A stretch of 64,000 bases of DNA. It comes from Clostridiales bacterium UBA5448. GTDB lineage: Bacteria > Bacillota > Clostridia > Oscillospirales > SIG627. The stretch covers positions 6,790 through 70,789 of the forward strand of contig DIRA01000027.1 in assembly GCA_002427425.1 (NCBI GenBank), given 5' to 3'. Made by a program: the position numbers and the translations under genes. Below the pieces are notes generated by a model that saw nothing but the letters and a program-made list of their open reading frames with translations, was not told where the DNA came from and did no database searches. Below, piece after piece: positions 49,564-59,375 of this stretch (positions within the stretch are counted from its first letter, which is position 1; the number at the start of each line of letters is the position of its first letter).

Positions 49564-51981
49564 ATGAATCAAGTGACAAAAAAAATGCTTTTACGGAGTA
49601 TCAAATATTCTATTAGCCGCTATCTTGCCATTTTTGCGATCGTGGCATTGGGCGTGGGTTTTTTTTCCGGTCTAAAAATATCCAAAAAAGTTATGGTGGA
49701 TGCGGCGGATACCTATTTCAAAAAGCAGGAAATGTTTGATTTTCTACTCATTTCCACCACGGGATTTACACCCGACGAATCCGCAGAGCTGGATGGATTA
49801 CCGGATATCCGGTGGGCGGAGGAAAGTATCTCTCTGGACGCACTGGGAATCATCAATCAGAAAGCATCCCCCTATATCTGGCTCTCTTTGCCGGAAAAAA
49901 TCAATCTTCCCACGGCGACTCAGGGGAGATTACCCCAAACTGAGGGAGAATGTCTGGTGGATGATGATTTTTTCTCTGCAGAAGACATTGGGAAACCTTT
50001 ATCCGTATCCTCGTTCAACACCCAAGATGTGCTGTCTGGATTTTCCCAAACCGACTATACCATCGTGGGAATCGGCAACTCCCCCTTATATATCAGCGGC
50101 GATCGGGGGAGTACTGCCCTTGGAAACGGTATCCTGCATGGATTTGTGTATATTTTACCGAAGTGTTTTGCTTCCCCAGTGTTTTCCGGCGTATATCTGC
50201 GGCTGAAGGAAACGGATGATTTGTACAGCGAAGCATACGAACAACGGATTGAAAAACAGCGGGACAAGATTGCAGAGGCTGCCCGGACCCTCGTTCTTGC
50301 CCGGTATGAAGCCACCTCCCACGATACCCGAAAAGAGGATCAACCCCAGGTGTATCTTTTCACCCGCAAAGAAAACATCGGCTACGGACGGTATGAAAAC
50401 GATACCGAGATTGTAGCGGGGATTGCCAATGTGTTTCCCGTTTTTTTCTTCCTGGTTGCCATTTTGGTCTGTGTCACCACCATGAGCCGCATGGTGGATG
50501 AAGAACGAACCCAGATGGGTGTTATGCAGGCCATGGGGTATTCGACTTCTTCGATTGCCATGAAATATGTGTTATACGCCGGGAGTGCCGCTTTGCTGGG
50601 CTGGTTTTTCGGATTTTTTGGGGGTATCTGGCTCATTCCCCAGATCATTTGGGTGGCGTACGGCATCACCTACCATTTTTCCGAACTATCTTACGGGGTG
50701 GATTGGCCTCTGGCGCTGCTGACTTTGGCGATTTCCCTCCTCAGTTCGGTGGGGGCGGCAGAATATTCCTGCCACCATGAACTGCAATTGCCCCCCGCAC
50801 GCCTCCTCCGCCCCCGTGTCCCTCAGGAAGGAAAACGGATTTTACCGGAGAAAATAAAATTTATTTGGAAACGGCTGACCTTTTTGCAAAAGGTATCCGT
50901 CCGTAATGTCGCCCGGTATAAAAAGCGGATGTTCATGATGGTTCTGGGCATTTCAGGCTGTACCGCCCTGCTGGTGGCGGGATTTGGGATCCGGGATGCG
51001 GTGGTCCAGCTGGTGGATCACCAGTATGATGATGTGCTGAAATACGATATGGAAGTGGGATTCAATACCCCTATGGATTCCAACGCCGCCGTGAAATTTA
51101 TGGAGAAAAATGGGCTTGAAGACGAGCATTGTCTGTTTGCTTATTCAGGGGGCGTGGAAATCCCGTTGCGAAAACGGTCCCTCAGCGCCACCGTCATTGC
51201 CCCTGCCACCACCGAAATCAAGTCGTTTTTCCATCTCCACCGGGGAGAGGAAGAATTGACTTTCCCTGCCAAAGGGGAGGCGCTGATCAACATCAAGCTG
51301 TCCCAAAAAGCCGGGGTAGGTACCGGGAGTTTTCTGGTGGTGGAAAATAGCAAGGGAACCAGAGTGAAACTGCGGGTTTCCGGGGTGTTTGACAATTACG
51401 TGGATCACTATCTTTTCGTGTCCCCCCAGACGTATTTGGACAGTTTCGGCCATGCCCAGATCAAAACCGCCTATATCCACACCGAAGGAACGGTTACGGC
51501 TTTGATGGAATATCCCAAGGTCAGCTTTGTAACGGTGAAAGCGGATATACGGAATCGAATCGAAAACTCCATGAAAAGCATCAACGCCATTGTGGTTCTC
51601 ATTGTGGTCTGCGCGGCGGCGCTGGCGTTTATTGTACTGTATAATCTGACCAACATCAACATCACCGAGCGGCTGCGAGAAATTGCCACCATCAAGGTTC
51701 TGGGTTTTTATGCCAAGGAAGCCGCTTCCTATGTCCTGCGGGAAAACATTCTCCTCACTATCATCGGGGCTGCTGTGGGGTTGTTTTTAGGCAAAGGCCT
51801 TCATGCTTTGGTGGTAAACATGATCGTGGTGGATTATATGTTTTTTTCCACCAATATTACAATGTGGAGTTTTCTATTGGCGGCGGCATTAACCTTTGTC
51901 TTTACTTTTGTGGTGAATCTGGTGATGCTGTCCAAACTGGACAAGATCCACATGGCGGAATCTCTGAAAACCGTGGAATAA
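49564..51981 (+). CDS. ABC transporter permease with two FtsX-type modules (YbbP-like)
   Basis: 805 aa. Two repeats, each a large extracytoplasmic domain followed by a 3-4-TM FtsX-like bundle. Confidence 0.8.
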   Translation: MNQVTKKMLLRSIKYSISRYLAIFAIVALGVGFFSGLKISKKVMVDAADTYFKKQEMFDFLLISTTGFTPDESAELDGLPDIRWAEESISLDALGIINQKASPYIWLSLPEKINLPTATQGRLPQTEGECLVDDDFFSAEDIGKPLSVSSFNTQDVLSGFSQTDYTIVGIGNSPLYISGDRGSTALGNGILHGFVYILPKCFASPVFSGVYLRLKETDDLYSEAYEQRIEKQRDKIAEAARTLVLARYEATSHDTRKEDQPQVYLFTRKENIGYGRYENDTEIVAGIANVFPVFFFLVAILVCVTTMSRMVDEERTQMGVMQAMGYSTSSIAMKYVLYAGSAALLGWFFGFFGGIWLIPQIIWVAYGITYHFSELSYGVDWPLALLTLAISLLSSVGAAEYSCHHELQLPPARLLRPRVPQEGKRILPEKIKFIWKRLTFLQKVSVRNVARYKKRMFMMVLGISGCTALLVAGFGIRDAVVQLVDHQYDDVLKYDMEVGFNTPMDSNAAVKFMEKNGLEDEHCLFAYSGGVEIPLRKRSLSATVIAPATTEIKSFFHLHRGEEELTFPAKGEALINIKLSQKAGVGTGSFLVVENSKGTRVKLRVSGVFDNYVDHYLFVSPQTYLDSFGHAQIKTAYIHTEGTVTALMEYPKVSFVTVKADIRNRIENSMKSINAIVVLIVVCAAALAFIVLYNLTNINITERLREIATIKVLGFYAKEAASYVLRENILLTIIGAAVGLFLGKGLHALVVNMIVVDYMFFSTNITMWSFLLAAALTFVFTFVVNLVMLSKLDKIHMAESLKTVE

Positions 51982-52016
51982 ATATTCTAACGGTGAATAT
52001 TCACCGTTAGAATATT
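51981..52016. terminator. 36-bp perfect palindrome between convergent genes (bidirectional terminator)
   Basis: aatattctaacggtgaat/attcaccgttagaatatt. Confidence 0.75.
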
Positions 52017-52651
52017 TATAATTTTGTAAAATGAAACATAGAGGCGAAGGCGCTTTCATAATCTCCATGCAGAAAGTCTTCCACCATATCTTCCAGCGTT
52101 TCCCCTTTGGCGAGCCATAGCAAGAGGGTGGCGATGGTCAAAAGTAGTAAAAGCAGTCCTATCAGAATCAAAAAGGCTCTGGCGAAATGGATCCGGTTTT
52201 TGCGTTTGCTCAAACCGCATGCCCAGGCGATGGCAAACAAAATCCCCACCACGGGAATGCACAGCACAAGAAGCGTACCAAACCAGCCGCCGGTCGTTAC
52301 CACCACATCTATGCCGGGAGGGGGCAGTTCATCTTCCGGTTCGGGTATGGGGGGCATGTCCGATCCATCGGGAGGCGTTTCACAGGCGGGAGGGGGCAAG
52401 GAAGAAGAAGGTTCTTCCACAAATGCGGGGAGATCAAATTCTTCGGACGTGTCTTCGTTTGTCGGGGCTTCGGATCCTAATAAGTCATCGTTTTTCTCAG
52501 ATGCGGGGTCGGAGTTGGACTCATTGGCAAACACGGCGGAAAAAACCGCAACAGCATCTTCGTTTTTGGTGATCACGGAATAACGAAAACCGCAGTGATT
52601 ACAAAACGATTCTCCCGTAATGCGCAGTCTGCCGCAACGCGTGCAGTACAT
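52016..52651 (-). CDS. Zinc-ribbon membrane protein with acidic/proline-rich linker
   Basis: MYCTRCG...CNHCG zinc ribbon, a disordered Pro/Glu/Ser-rich segment and two C-terminal TM helices. Confidence 0.65.
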   Translation of the reverse strand: MYCTRCGRLRITGESFCNHCGFRYSVITKNEDAVAVFSAVFANESNSDPASEKNDDLLGSEAPTNEDTSEEFDLPAFVEEPSSSLPPPACETPPDGSDMPPIPEPEDELPPPGIDVVVTTGGWFGTLLVLCIPVVGILFAIAWACGLSKRKNRIHFARAFLILIGLLLLLLTIATLLLWLAKGETLEDMVEDFLHGDYESAFASMFHFTKL

Positions 52652-52845
52652 AAAAGCGCCTCCTTTGCAAAAAAAATCAATTTACCTATAGTATACACCA
52701 TATTTTTGCGAAAACAAACATAAATTGTAAAACGAACAATCCATTTCCAAAAAAAATCATTCCCTTTAACTTGACACGTTGTCTGATGGTATGATAAAAT
52801 GTAACAAAATCATGGAGAGAATTTGCTAAAGGATGGTGAATCGCG

Positions 52846-53733
52846 GTGAAAAGAGGCGCTGCTTTCATATTGATAACCGCAATCCTGTTTTTATGTGTCG
52901 GCGTTTCGACGGTGGCGCAGGATACCGACGGTATATTAACCGCGGGTAATGTCACCCCTAATCCCGGGGATACCTTTTCCATTTCTTTATATCTGGATGC
53001 CAACACTTCCCTCAATGCCTTTCGCCTTCTGGTGACGTATGATCAGAGCATTCTGACCTTTGTGGATGTGGAAGACGGGGCGATTTTGTCCGGTATTGGA
53101 ACCATGGTCAGAGAAGTGGATGGCGAGCCCCTCACAAACGAAGTGGCTTTGGTGTGGAATGAGGCTGATCCCGTAGAAGAAAATGGTCTTTTATGCAAAT
53201 TAAAGTTCACTTTATCCGAATCGCTGCAACCCGGTGCCCAGACCACCGTGGCGGTGGCGGGAGACCCGGAAGAAGGTTGGTGCCTGGACGGTGATTTGGA
53301 ACTGTACGAATTCGTTCCGGTTTCTGTGAAAGTCATGGTCGCCTATCCCTGTGATATTACCTTTGACGGGGAAGGAATTACCACAGACATTGCTTTGAAC
53401 ACCCCGGTGTCCGACGTGGTGTCGGAACTGGAAAGCGGCGGATATACTGACGTTGTAATCCGCGACAAAGACGGCACCGATAAGCTTTGGAGTGCTTTGG
53501 TGGGAACGGGGGATACCATTCTTGCCAGCGGAAACGTGTTTACCGTTTGCATTCCGGGAGACTTGAATAACGACGGCACCGAATCCGTTACCGACTATGT
53601 CATATTGCGTTCTCAACTGTTAAATCCCGGTATTCTGTCCGGGGTGTATGAAAAAGCCGCGGATCTCAACAACGACGGCAGTGTATCGGTGACTGATTAT
53701 GTAACCATGCGGGCGCACCTCTTGGCTCGTTGA
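52846..53733 (+). CDS. Secreted protein carrying a cohesin-like domain and a C-terminal dockerin
   Basis: Signal peptide MKRGAAFILITAILFLCVGVSTVAQ. Cohesin-like GNVTPNPGDTFSISLYLDANTSLNAFRLLVTYDQSILTFVDVEDGAIL. Two dockerin repeats, GDLNNDGTESVTDYVILRSQLL and ADLNNDGSVSVTDYVTMRAHLL. GTG start. Confidence 0.7.
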   Translation: MKRGAAFILITAILFLCVGVSTVAQDTDGILTAGNVTPNPGDTFSISLYLDANTSLNAFRLLVTYDQSILTFVDVEDGAILSGIGTMVREVDGEPLTNEVALVWNEADPVEENGLLCKLKFTLSESLQPGAQTTVAVAGDPEEGWCLDGDLELYEFVPVSVKVMVAYPCDITFDGEGITTDIALNTPVSDVVSELESGGYTDVVIRDKDGTDKLWSALVGTGDTILASGNVFTVCIPGDLNNDGTESVTDYVILRSQLLNPGILSGVYEKAADLNNDGSVSVTDYVTMRAHLLAR

Positions 53734-53746
53734 GGAAGGAAGTTTT

Positions 53747-54754
53747 ATGAGTACCACTTTGACACCTATCGGCTATTCCTCTCCCTTATCCATGTATGAA
53801 ACCCAGACCGCCATCGGTACCCTGAAACGGATCTTTGAAGACAATCTTTCAAAAGCGCTATGTTTGAAGCGGGTATCCGCGCCCTTGTTTGTAGACAATG
53901 GCAGCGGCTTGAACGACGATTTAAACGGGGTGGAACGGGCCGTTTCCTTTGATATCAAAGAAGACGGACAGACCGCTTCCGTGGTTCATTCCTTGGCAAA
54001 ATGGAAGAGAATGGCACTATCCCGTTACGGATTTTCCGCTGGGGAAGGTTTATACACCGATATGAACGCCATTCGCCGGGACGAAGAAATGGATAATCTC
54101 CACTCTATATATGTGGACCAGTGGGACTGGGAAAAAGTGATCAATCGTTCCGACCGGAACAAGGAGTACTTACAGGACACCGTTCGTGCCATTGTGGGCG
54201 CCATTTGCGATACCGAAGACGCCATTGTGGCGTTGTTTCCTTCATTGAAAAAGAAATTAACCCGGGATGTGTATTTTATCACGACCCAGGAACTGGAAGA
54301 CCGCTATCCCAGGTTGACCCCGAAGGAACGGGAAGACCACATTGTAAAAGAATATAAAACCGTGTTTCTCATGCAAATCGGCGGCGCATTGAAAAGTGGT
54401 AATCGCCATGACGGGCGGGCACCTGATTACGACGACTGGAATCTCAATGGTGACATTTTGTTCTATGATGAACTGTTGGATCTGGCGATGGAAATCTCAT
54501 CTATGGGGATACGGGTGTCTCCCGAATCGCTCGATCGACAGCTGACCATAGCCGGTTGTGACAATCGTAGAACCCTTCCTTTCCACGCTGCTTTGTTGGC
54601 AGGGGAATTGCCTTACACCATCGGTGGTGGCATCGGGCAATCCCGTTTATGCATGCTGATGCTGGAAAAAGCCCATATCGGAGAAGTGCAGGTATCCCAT
54701 TGGGATCAGAAAACAAAAAATATTTGCCAGAAAAACGGCATCGTTTTGTTATAA
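53747..54754 (+). CDS. asnA: Aspartate--ammonia ligase
   Basis: YETQTAIGTLKRIFEDNLSKALCLKRVSAPLFV...GLNDDLNGVERAVSF and a class-II aaRS-like core. Length 335 aa. Confidence 0.88.
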   Translation: MSTTLTPIGYSSPLSMYETQTAIGTLKRIFEDNLSKALCLKRVSAPLFVDNGSGLNDDLNGVERAVSFDIKEDGQTASVVHSLAKWKRMALSRYGFSAGEGLYTDMNAIRRDEEMDNLHSIYVDQWDWEKVINRSDRNKEYLQDTVRAIVGAICDTEDAIVALFPSLKKKLTRDVYFITTQELEDRYPRLTPKEREDHIVKEYKTVFLMQIGGALKSGNRHDGRAPDYDDWNLNGDILFYDELLDLAMEISSMGIRVSPESLDRQLTIAGCDNRRTLPFHAALLAGELPYTIGGGIGQSRLCMLMLEKAHIGEVQVSHWDQKTKNICQKNGIVLL

Positions 54755-55260
54755 TGTTTACCATCAATGCGTCCCGTGAAACCACCTGTTGTTTTTCCGG
54801 TCACCGCCAATTGCCGACGGTTTTGCGTGGATTGAAAATCAACTTATTGGATACCATCGAAGGTTTGTATAAGCAAGGCTACCGCCACTTTATTTGTGGC
54901 GGCGCATTGGGGTTTGATACCTTGGCTGCGCGGGCTGTATTGTATTTACGTACAAAAAAGCAGGGGATTTGTTTGCATTTGGTGCTTCCTTGCCGGAATC
55001 AGTGCGACGGGTGGAGCAAAAAGGATACGGAGTTGTATAAGGAGATTTTGTTGTCCGCTCACGAAGTGGTGTATCTGCGGGATCGGTACGAAAAAGGTTG
55101 TATGCATCAGCGCAACCGCACCATGGTGGATGCTTCTTCCGTCTGCGTGGCGTATTTGACCGTTGCTACCGGTGGCACAGCCTATACCGTCGAATATGCC
55201 AGAGAACAGGGTGTGGAAGTGATCAACTTAGGGAAAATCACTGCCCCGTCTTCAGTATGA
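54754..55260 (+). CDS. DUF1273 / YpsA-like SLOG-family protein
   Basis: TCCFSGHRQLP, then FICGGALGFDTLAA and TGGTAYTVEYA. TAATG overlap with the asnA stop codon. Confidence 0.7.
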   Translation: MFTINASRETTCCFSGHRQLPTVLRGLKINLLDTIEGLYKQGYRHFICGGALGFDTLAARAVLYLRTKKQGICLHLVLPCRNQCDGWSKKDTELYKEILLSAHEVVYLRDRYEKGCMHQRNRTMVDASSVCVAYLTVATGGTAYTVEYAREQGVEVINLGKITAPSSV

Positions 55261-55283
55261 TTTTGAAAAAATGTAAAGGTTTA

Positions 55284-55315
55284 TATCCACCCTCAGGGGT
55301 GGATACTTTTATTTC
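55284..55315 (+). terminator. Rho-independent terminator
   Basis: tatccaccc-tcag-gggtggata followed by CTTTTATTT. Confidence 0.7.
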
Positions 55316-55487
55316 CGGGCCTAACGGTAATGAATATGATTTTTGTTTTTCATTATATATCATGTCTTTGTATATTTTTGTTTGTTAGAATTATATATTA
55401 TAATCAAAAGGACAGCCGCGCAACCACTTTTTGGTCATGCGGCTGTTCTTTTTTAGCCGTTATTGCAACAGCCTCTTTTACATGGAT

Positions 55488-57644
55488 TCAGCGCAGAAGA
55501 TCAAATTCCTTGCACGTGACATGGCTCAAGTCGGTCAAATCAAATTTGGCGCGTACATTCTTATTTATACAGTCTTCCAAATACCTTTCCAGATCCGCCA
55601 GCAACTGATAGCACAGGGACATGTTGCGGATATAGGTATACTGGGTGGCTTCCATTCTGGCACACTCGGCAAAGGCAATGAGATCATGACGCTGTTCTTT
55701 CAAACGGCCAATGGAAGTCAATAGCCCCTTTTCCGAAATGGTGCCTGCGTTGAATGCATTGTGTAGCAACAGAAGGGTGGCCAGTTCATCGGCATGAACC
55801 GCATAGTGTTTGGCGGTCAAAGCCCATGCCAGTTTGATGCGGTCGTTGGGTGCCCCTTGTAAATCAAATGCAAAGAAAGCGGCCGCTTCTCCAGCCTCTT
55901 TGGCAACCTTGCGCAGATTGTTCAAGCGGGAACCATTTTCCGTTACAATGAGTTTTTGGAAGAGGGTGGAGGGATAATTTTGAGGATAGGGGAGACCCAC
56001 GCGGCAATAACAGTAGAAATAATAGTTCGTATCGAAAACAGAGCCGCCGCCGGCCATGATAGGATATAAAAGATCCAGTGCCTTGCGGGCTTCTTCCTGC
56101 CGATTCCAGGATAGACGGGCTGCATAGCGACCCAAAAAGCTTTCCATGCTTTCCAATTCATCCGCGTTCCAGGATAGCTCCGCCTGGTAAGCCTGATTTT
56201 GGTCGTAGCAGTATTCAAAAGCAGCGTAGGACTCAATGCCCTCGAATCCTTTTTTCTTGGCGATTTCGGCCATAAGACGAATGTTGACCAAACTTGCCAT
56301 GGGAATCATCCAGTGGTAATATCCGTTCCAGGGTTTCATGATACCGCGGAACTGATTGGTCACCCGGTCAGCCTGACCCCGGAACAAATCGTTTTTATTG
56401 GCTCGGTAAGACCAGTAGTCGATGACCAACACATCATCAATACCGGCTTTTATCAGTTCCTGCTTGAAGTCGTCATGCAAAACATCCAGTTCATTCATGA
56501 GCATATCGTGGTATACATACACATGCTTCATGCCTTTGGATTTCAAATGCTGGGTGAGCCGAATGATATACTGCGTGAACAACTTGCTGTATGTGTGTTC
56601 CTTACAGACATGACAATCGCAGCGGGGGCTTTTGATTTCAAAAGGATGATCCACATCCACGGCATGTTCATCTCTGACTTCGTCCAAACCAATTTGAAAG
56701 CCATCCAGCCCGTTGGGCGTTAAGTATTTGTCGATGATTTCATCGTATATGGAAAACATCAAATCGTAGGTCTTTTCATCCGTGAGGCAAAAGCCGAAAT
56801 TGCGGGGGGACCCGTCTGTGTTTTTGGCGGAAACGTCAGGATGCATGCGGGGAATCAAGGTGTTATGTCCCAGGGAGTTGAACAAAGGTTTTATCTTGAT
56901 GTTTCTGGTTTTCGCGTAGGCGCAGACCTCGCCAAAAAAGTCTTCCACAAACATGGTGGGTAACACATTTTTTCGGTTCACATACCTGCCTTTTTTGGCG
57001 GAATAGTATGTAATGGGAGAGGGTGTTTGCAATTCGGGATGAGTGTGCAGTGGCACATACAGATATTCGGCGATACGGTAATCATACTGGAGATTCCAGC
57101 AGCCGTATATACCGATGGTCAACTGGTTGATTTTCAGATTTGCGCAGTAATCAATGATTTCAAAATAGTCTTTTTTGGTTAAAAACTCACTGCCCCAGCG
57201 GGTTTCAAAAAAATAGCCCCGATCTTCAAATTCCGGCCAGTCTTCAATTTCCACCAACGGCAGATGCCAGTTTTCCCCGTTCATGCAAACGAGAAGCTGC
57301 AGCAGGGTGACAACGCCGTAAAGAGCGCCGCCGGCATCATATCCGATGATTTCGGCTTTTTCCTCGGTGATATTCAGTTTATAGGCGTCTGCGACTTGAG
57401 GTACCATTTCATCGGGACGAATAGACAAGAAAATGGGATAGCCCCCCGCACACTGGGAACGGGAAGACGTTTTTCCGCACAAAGCCGTAGTCAATTTCTC
57501 CCTTGCCGTTTGAAATACGGGATGGGAATGATCGTCCGCAATGATTTCAAACAAGGAGTCGGGATATTTGACAATTCTGACATGTCCGGGCGATTCTTGC
57601 ATTTTTCGGGGTAGGGGAATCAAGGGTTTTACCATTGTACTCAT
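55488..57644 (-). CDS. GH20-like glycoside hydrolase with extended helical C-terminal domain
   Basis: 718 aa. VEIEDWPEFEDRGYFFE and the FQIGLDEV (H/x-G-x-D-E type) context. AGGAGGTA lies 6 nt upstream of the ATG at 57644. Confidence 0.55.
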   Translation of the reverse strand: MSTMVKPLIPLPRKMQESPGHVRIVKYPDSLFEIIADDHSHPVFQTAREKLTTALCGKTSSRSQCAGGYPIFLSIRPDEMVPQVADAYKLNITEEKAEIIGYDAGGALYGVVTLLQLLVCMNGENWHLPLVEIEDWPEFEDRGYFFETRWGSEFLTKKDYFEIIDYCANLKINQLTIGIYGCWNLQYDYRIAEYLYVPLHTHPELQTPSPITYYSAKKGRYVNRKNVLPTMFVEDFFGEVCAYAKTRNIKIKPLFNSLGHNTLIPRMHPDVSAKNTDGSPRNFGFCLTDEKTYDLMFSIYDEIIDKYLTPNGLDGFQIGLDEVRDEHAVDVDHPFEIKSPRCDCHVCKEHTYSKLFTQYIIRLTQHLKSKGMKHVYVYHDMLMNELDVLHDDFKQELIKAGIDDVLVIDYWSYRANKNDLFRGQADRVTNQFRGIMKPWNGYYHWMIPMASLVNIRLMAEIAKKKGFEGIESYAAFEYCYDQNQAYQAELSWNADELESMESFLGRYAARLSWNRQEEARKALDLLYPIMAGGGSVFDTNYYFYCYCRVGLPYPQNYPSTLFQKLIVTENGSRLNNLRKVAKEAGEAAAFFAFDLQGAPNDRIKLAWALTAKHYAVHADELATLLLLHNAFNAGTISEKGLLTSIGRLKEQRHDLIAFAECARMEATQYTYIRNMSLCYQLLADLERYLEDCINKNVRAKFDLTDLSHVTCKEFDLLR

Positions 57645-57716
57645 TGATGTTACCTCCTATTATCTCAAAGCAATAGCTTCTTTTCCGTGCATGTGCTTAC
57701 ATTGTGTCAAGTCAAA

Positions 57717-58202
57717 TCAGGGAACTTCGCCGGTCTTGGCACAGGGATTCAAATGGTTATCCCAGTTCAGCAAGAACGGATATTCCACCGAAAGATTGCG
57801 CAGGTAGGTATATTGGGTGGGCTTTATCTGGTCCATTTCCACCAAAGCCATCAACGCTTTCATTTGTCTTGCCAGCCGATGAATTTCGGTTAACAGTCCT
57901 TGGGAGGAAATTCTTCCACTGTTAAAAGCTTCGTGCAAAAAGAGCAGTGTTCGGAAATGGTCCAAATAAACTGCAAAGTGCTTGGCCACACAGGACCAGG
58001 TGAGAAACAATCGGTTTTGAGGATTTCCTTTCAGTTCCTCTTCAAAGAAAGGCAATGTTTGATTTGCCTTTTGGATGAGTTGCTTCAAAACGGGAAATTT
58101 AGCATATTTCTCTTTTATAATAAGATTTTTGAACAGATCGGAGTGATAATCTTTTCCCGAAGCCGGATAACAATGAAAATGTTGATACAGGGATAAATCC
58201 AT
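57717..58202 (-). pseudogene. Truncated paralog: only the C-terminal ~160 aa of a GH20-like protein related to 55488..57644
   Basis: It aligns by eye with the C-terminus of the neighbour, for example VAKHFAVYLDHFRTLLFLHEAFNSGRISSQGLLTEI versus TAKHYAVHADELATLLLLHNAFNAGTISEKGLLTSI, and PTQYTYLRNLS versus ATQYTYIRNMS. No catalytic domain and no convincing RBS are present. Confidence 0.55.
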
Positions 58203-58280
58203 CAGGTTTTCAGCCTAGTTGGTGTATATAAATAAATGATCCAGCACCTTTTTGCATGTCCATGATATTCACCTCCGAAT

Positions 58281-58940
58281 TTACGGCTGGCGGCAGTACA
58301 TGGGACTGAGTGCGTCACACGATACGCCTTGCCCGTGATGCAACATCGTTTCGCCGAGAAGCGCGATGGAAGCGGCATCTTGCAGAAGAAGATGAGCAGG
58401 GGCAAGGGTATACGTAAAAGAAGGGTCTTGCAGGGAGGAAATGAATTTTTCGCCGCCGTCCCCATTGATCATAACAGGCAAATGGTAGGAGGCAAGTTCA
58501 TCTGCCAATTCTTGAACGCCGATGGCTCTGGGAGGGGTTAATGGAAGGAGTGTTCCGGCTTCGACCTGAAACAGTTGATTGTAATAGGCGTTTCTTCGTG
58601 CATCCATCACGGGACACAATATGCTTTCTTTGGCTAAAATCATGCGATGCGCCAGCCCCATGGTGGTGGGAACCGGAGCACAGGGCAGATTGTTGGAAAA
58701 GGCAAGGCCTTTGGCGGTGGAAATGCCAATCCGCAGTCCGGTAAAGGAACCGGGTCCGCAGGCTACCGCAATGCCGTCTGGCTTTCCATCCACTTCTTGT
58801 AATACGCGGTCAATGAGGGGAAGCAGTTTTTCGCTGTGGGTCAATTGGTTGCAAGAATATGCCGAGGATAGGATTTTGCCGTTTTCACACAAGGCTGCAG
58901 CGGCGGTCAATCCCGAAGAATCGATGCCCAGTATCAGCAT
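58281..58940 (-). CDS. tsaB: tRNA t6A37 biosynthesis protein TsaB
   Basis: MLILGIDSSG..., ASKHA-fold pattern, GPGSFTGLRIG. Confidence 0.85.
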   Translation of the reverse strand: MLILGIDSSGLTAAAALCENGKILSSAYSCNQLTHSEKLLPLIDRVLQEVDGKPDGIAVACGPGSFTGLRIGISTAKGLAFSNNLPCAPVPTTMGLAHRMILAKESILCPVMDARRNAYYNQLFQVEAGTLLPLTPPRAIGVQELADELASYHLPVMINGDGGEKFISSLQDPSFTYTLAPAHLLLQDAASIALLGETMLHHGQGVSCDALSPMYCRQP

Positions 58941-58958
58941 GATAGACTCCTTATTTTA

Positions 58959-59375
58959 TTACTTCATTTCGATTTTACGGTCATCATCTCGACCGGATAC
59001 CCGAGAAATGGTTACCCGCAAAGCGTGCTCCGGAATGGAGGTGGGAATATTCTCACACCATTCGGCAGCGGTGATACCATTTTCGATCAGATCATAATAA
59101 CCGATGGACTCCAAATCGTCTTCAGAGGATAACCGATATAAATCAAAATGATAAAACATTATGTTACCCCGGTAGGTGTTGCATAGAGAGTAGGACGGAC
59201 TGGTTACCGCCGCATGGGGTGCCAGCACTCTCGCCATCCCTCTCACAAAGGCGGTTTTGCCTACACCCAAATCACCATATAGGGCTACAAAATCCCCCTT
59301 TTTGAGAGATTTTGCCAAATCTTCCCCGATTTTTTCTGTTTCTTCCGGGGAGTGGGTGTACAGGATATCAGCCAT
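58959..59375 (-). CDS. tsaE: tRNA t6A37 biosynthesis ATPase TsaE
   Basis: LYGDLGVGKTAFVRG Walker A. 138 aa. HFDLYRL motif. Confidence 0.85.
   Translation of the reverse strand: MADILYTHSPEETEKIGEDLAKSLKKGDFVALYGDLGVGKTAFVRGMARVLAPHAAVTSPSYSLCNTYRGNIMFYHFDLYRLSSEDDLESIGYYDLIENGITAAEWCENIPTSIPEHALRVTISRVSGRDDDRKIEMK

Noticed and set aside
52107-52583. Several plus-strand ORFs (97-158 aa) opposite the zinc-ribbon membrane protein gene.
   Set aside because: They are Gly/Arg/Ser-rich shadows of the proline- and glutamate-rich linker of the minus-strand gene. They have no RBS and overlap each other in different frames.
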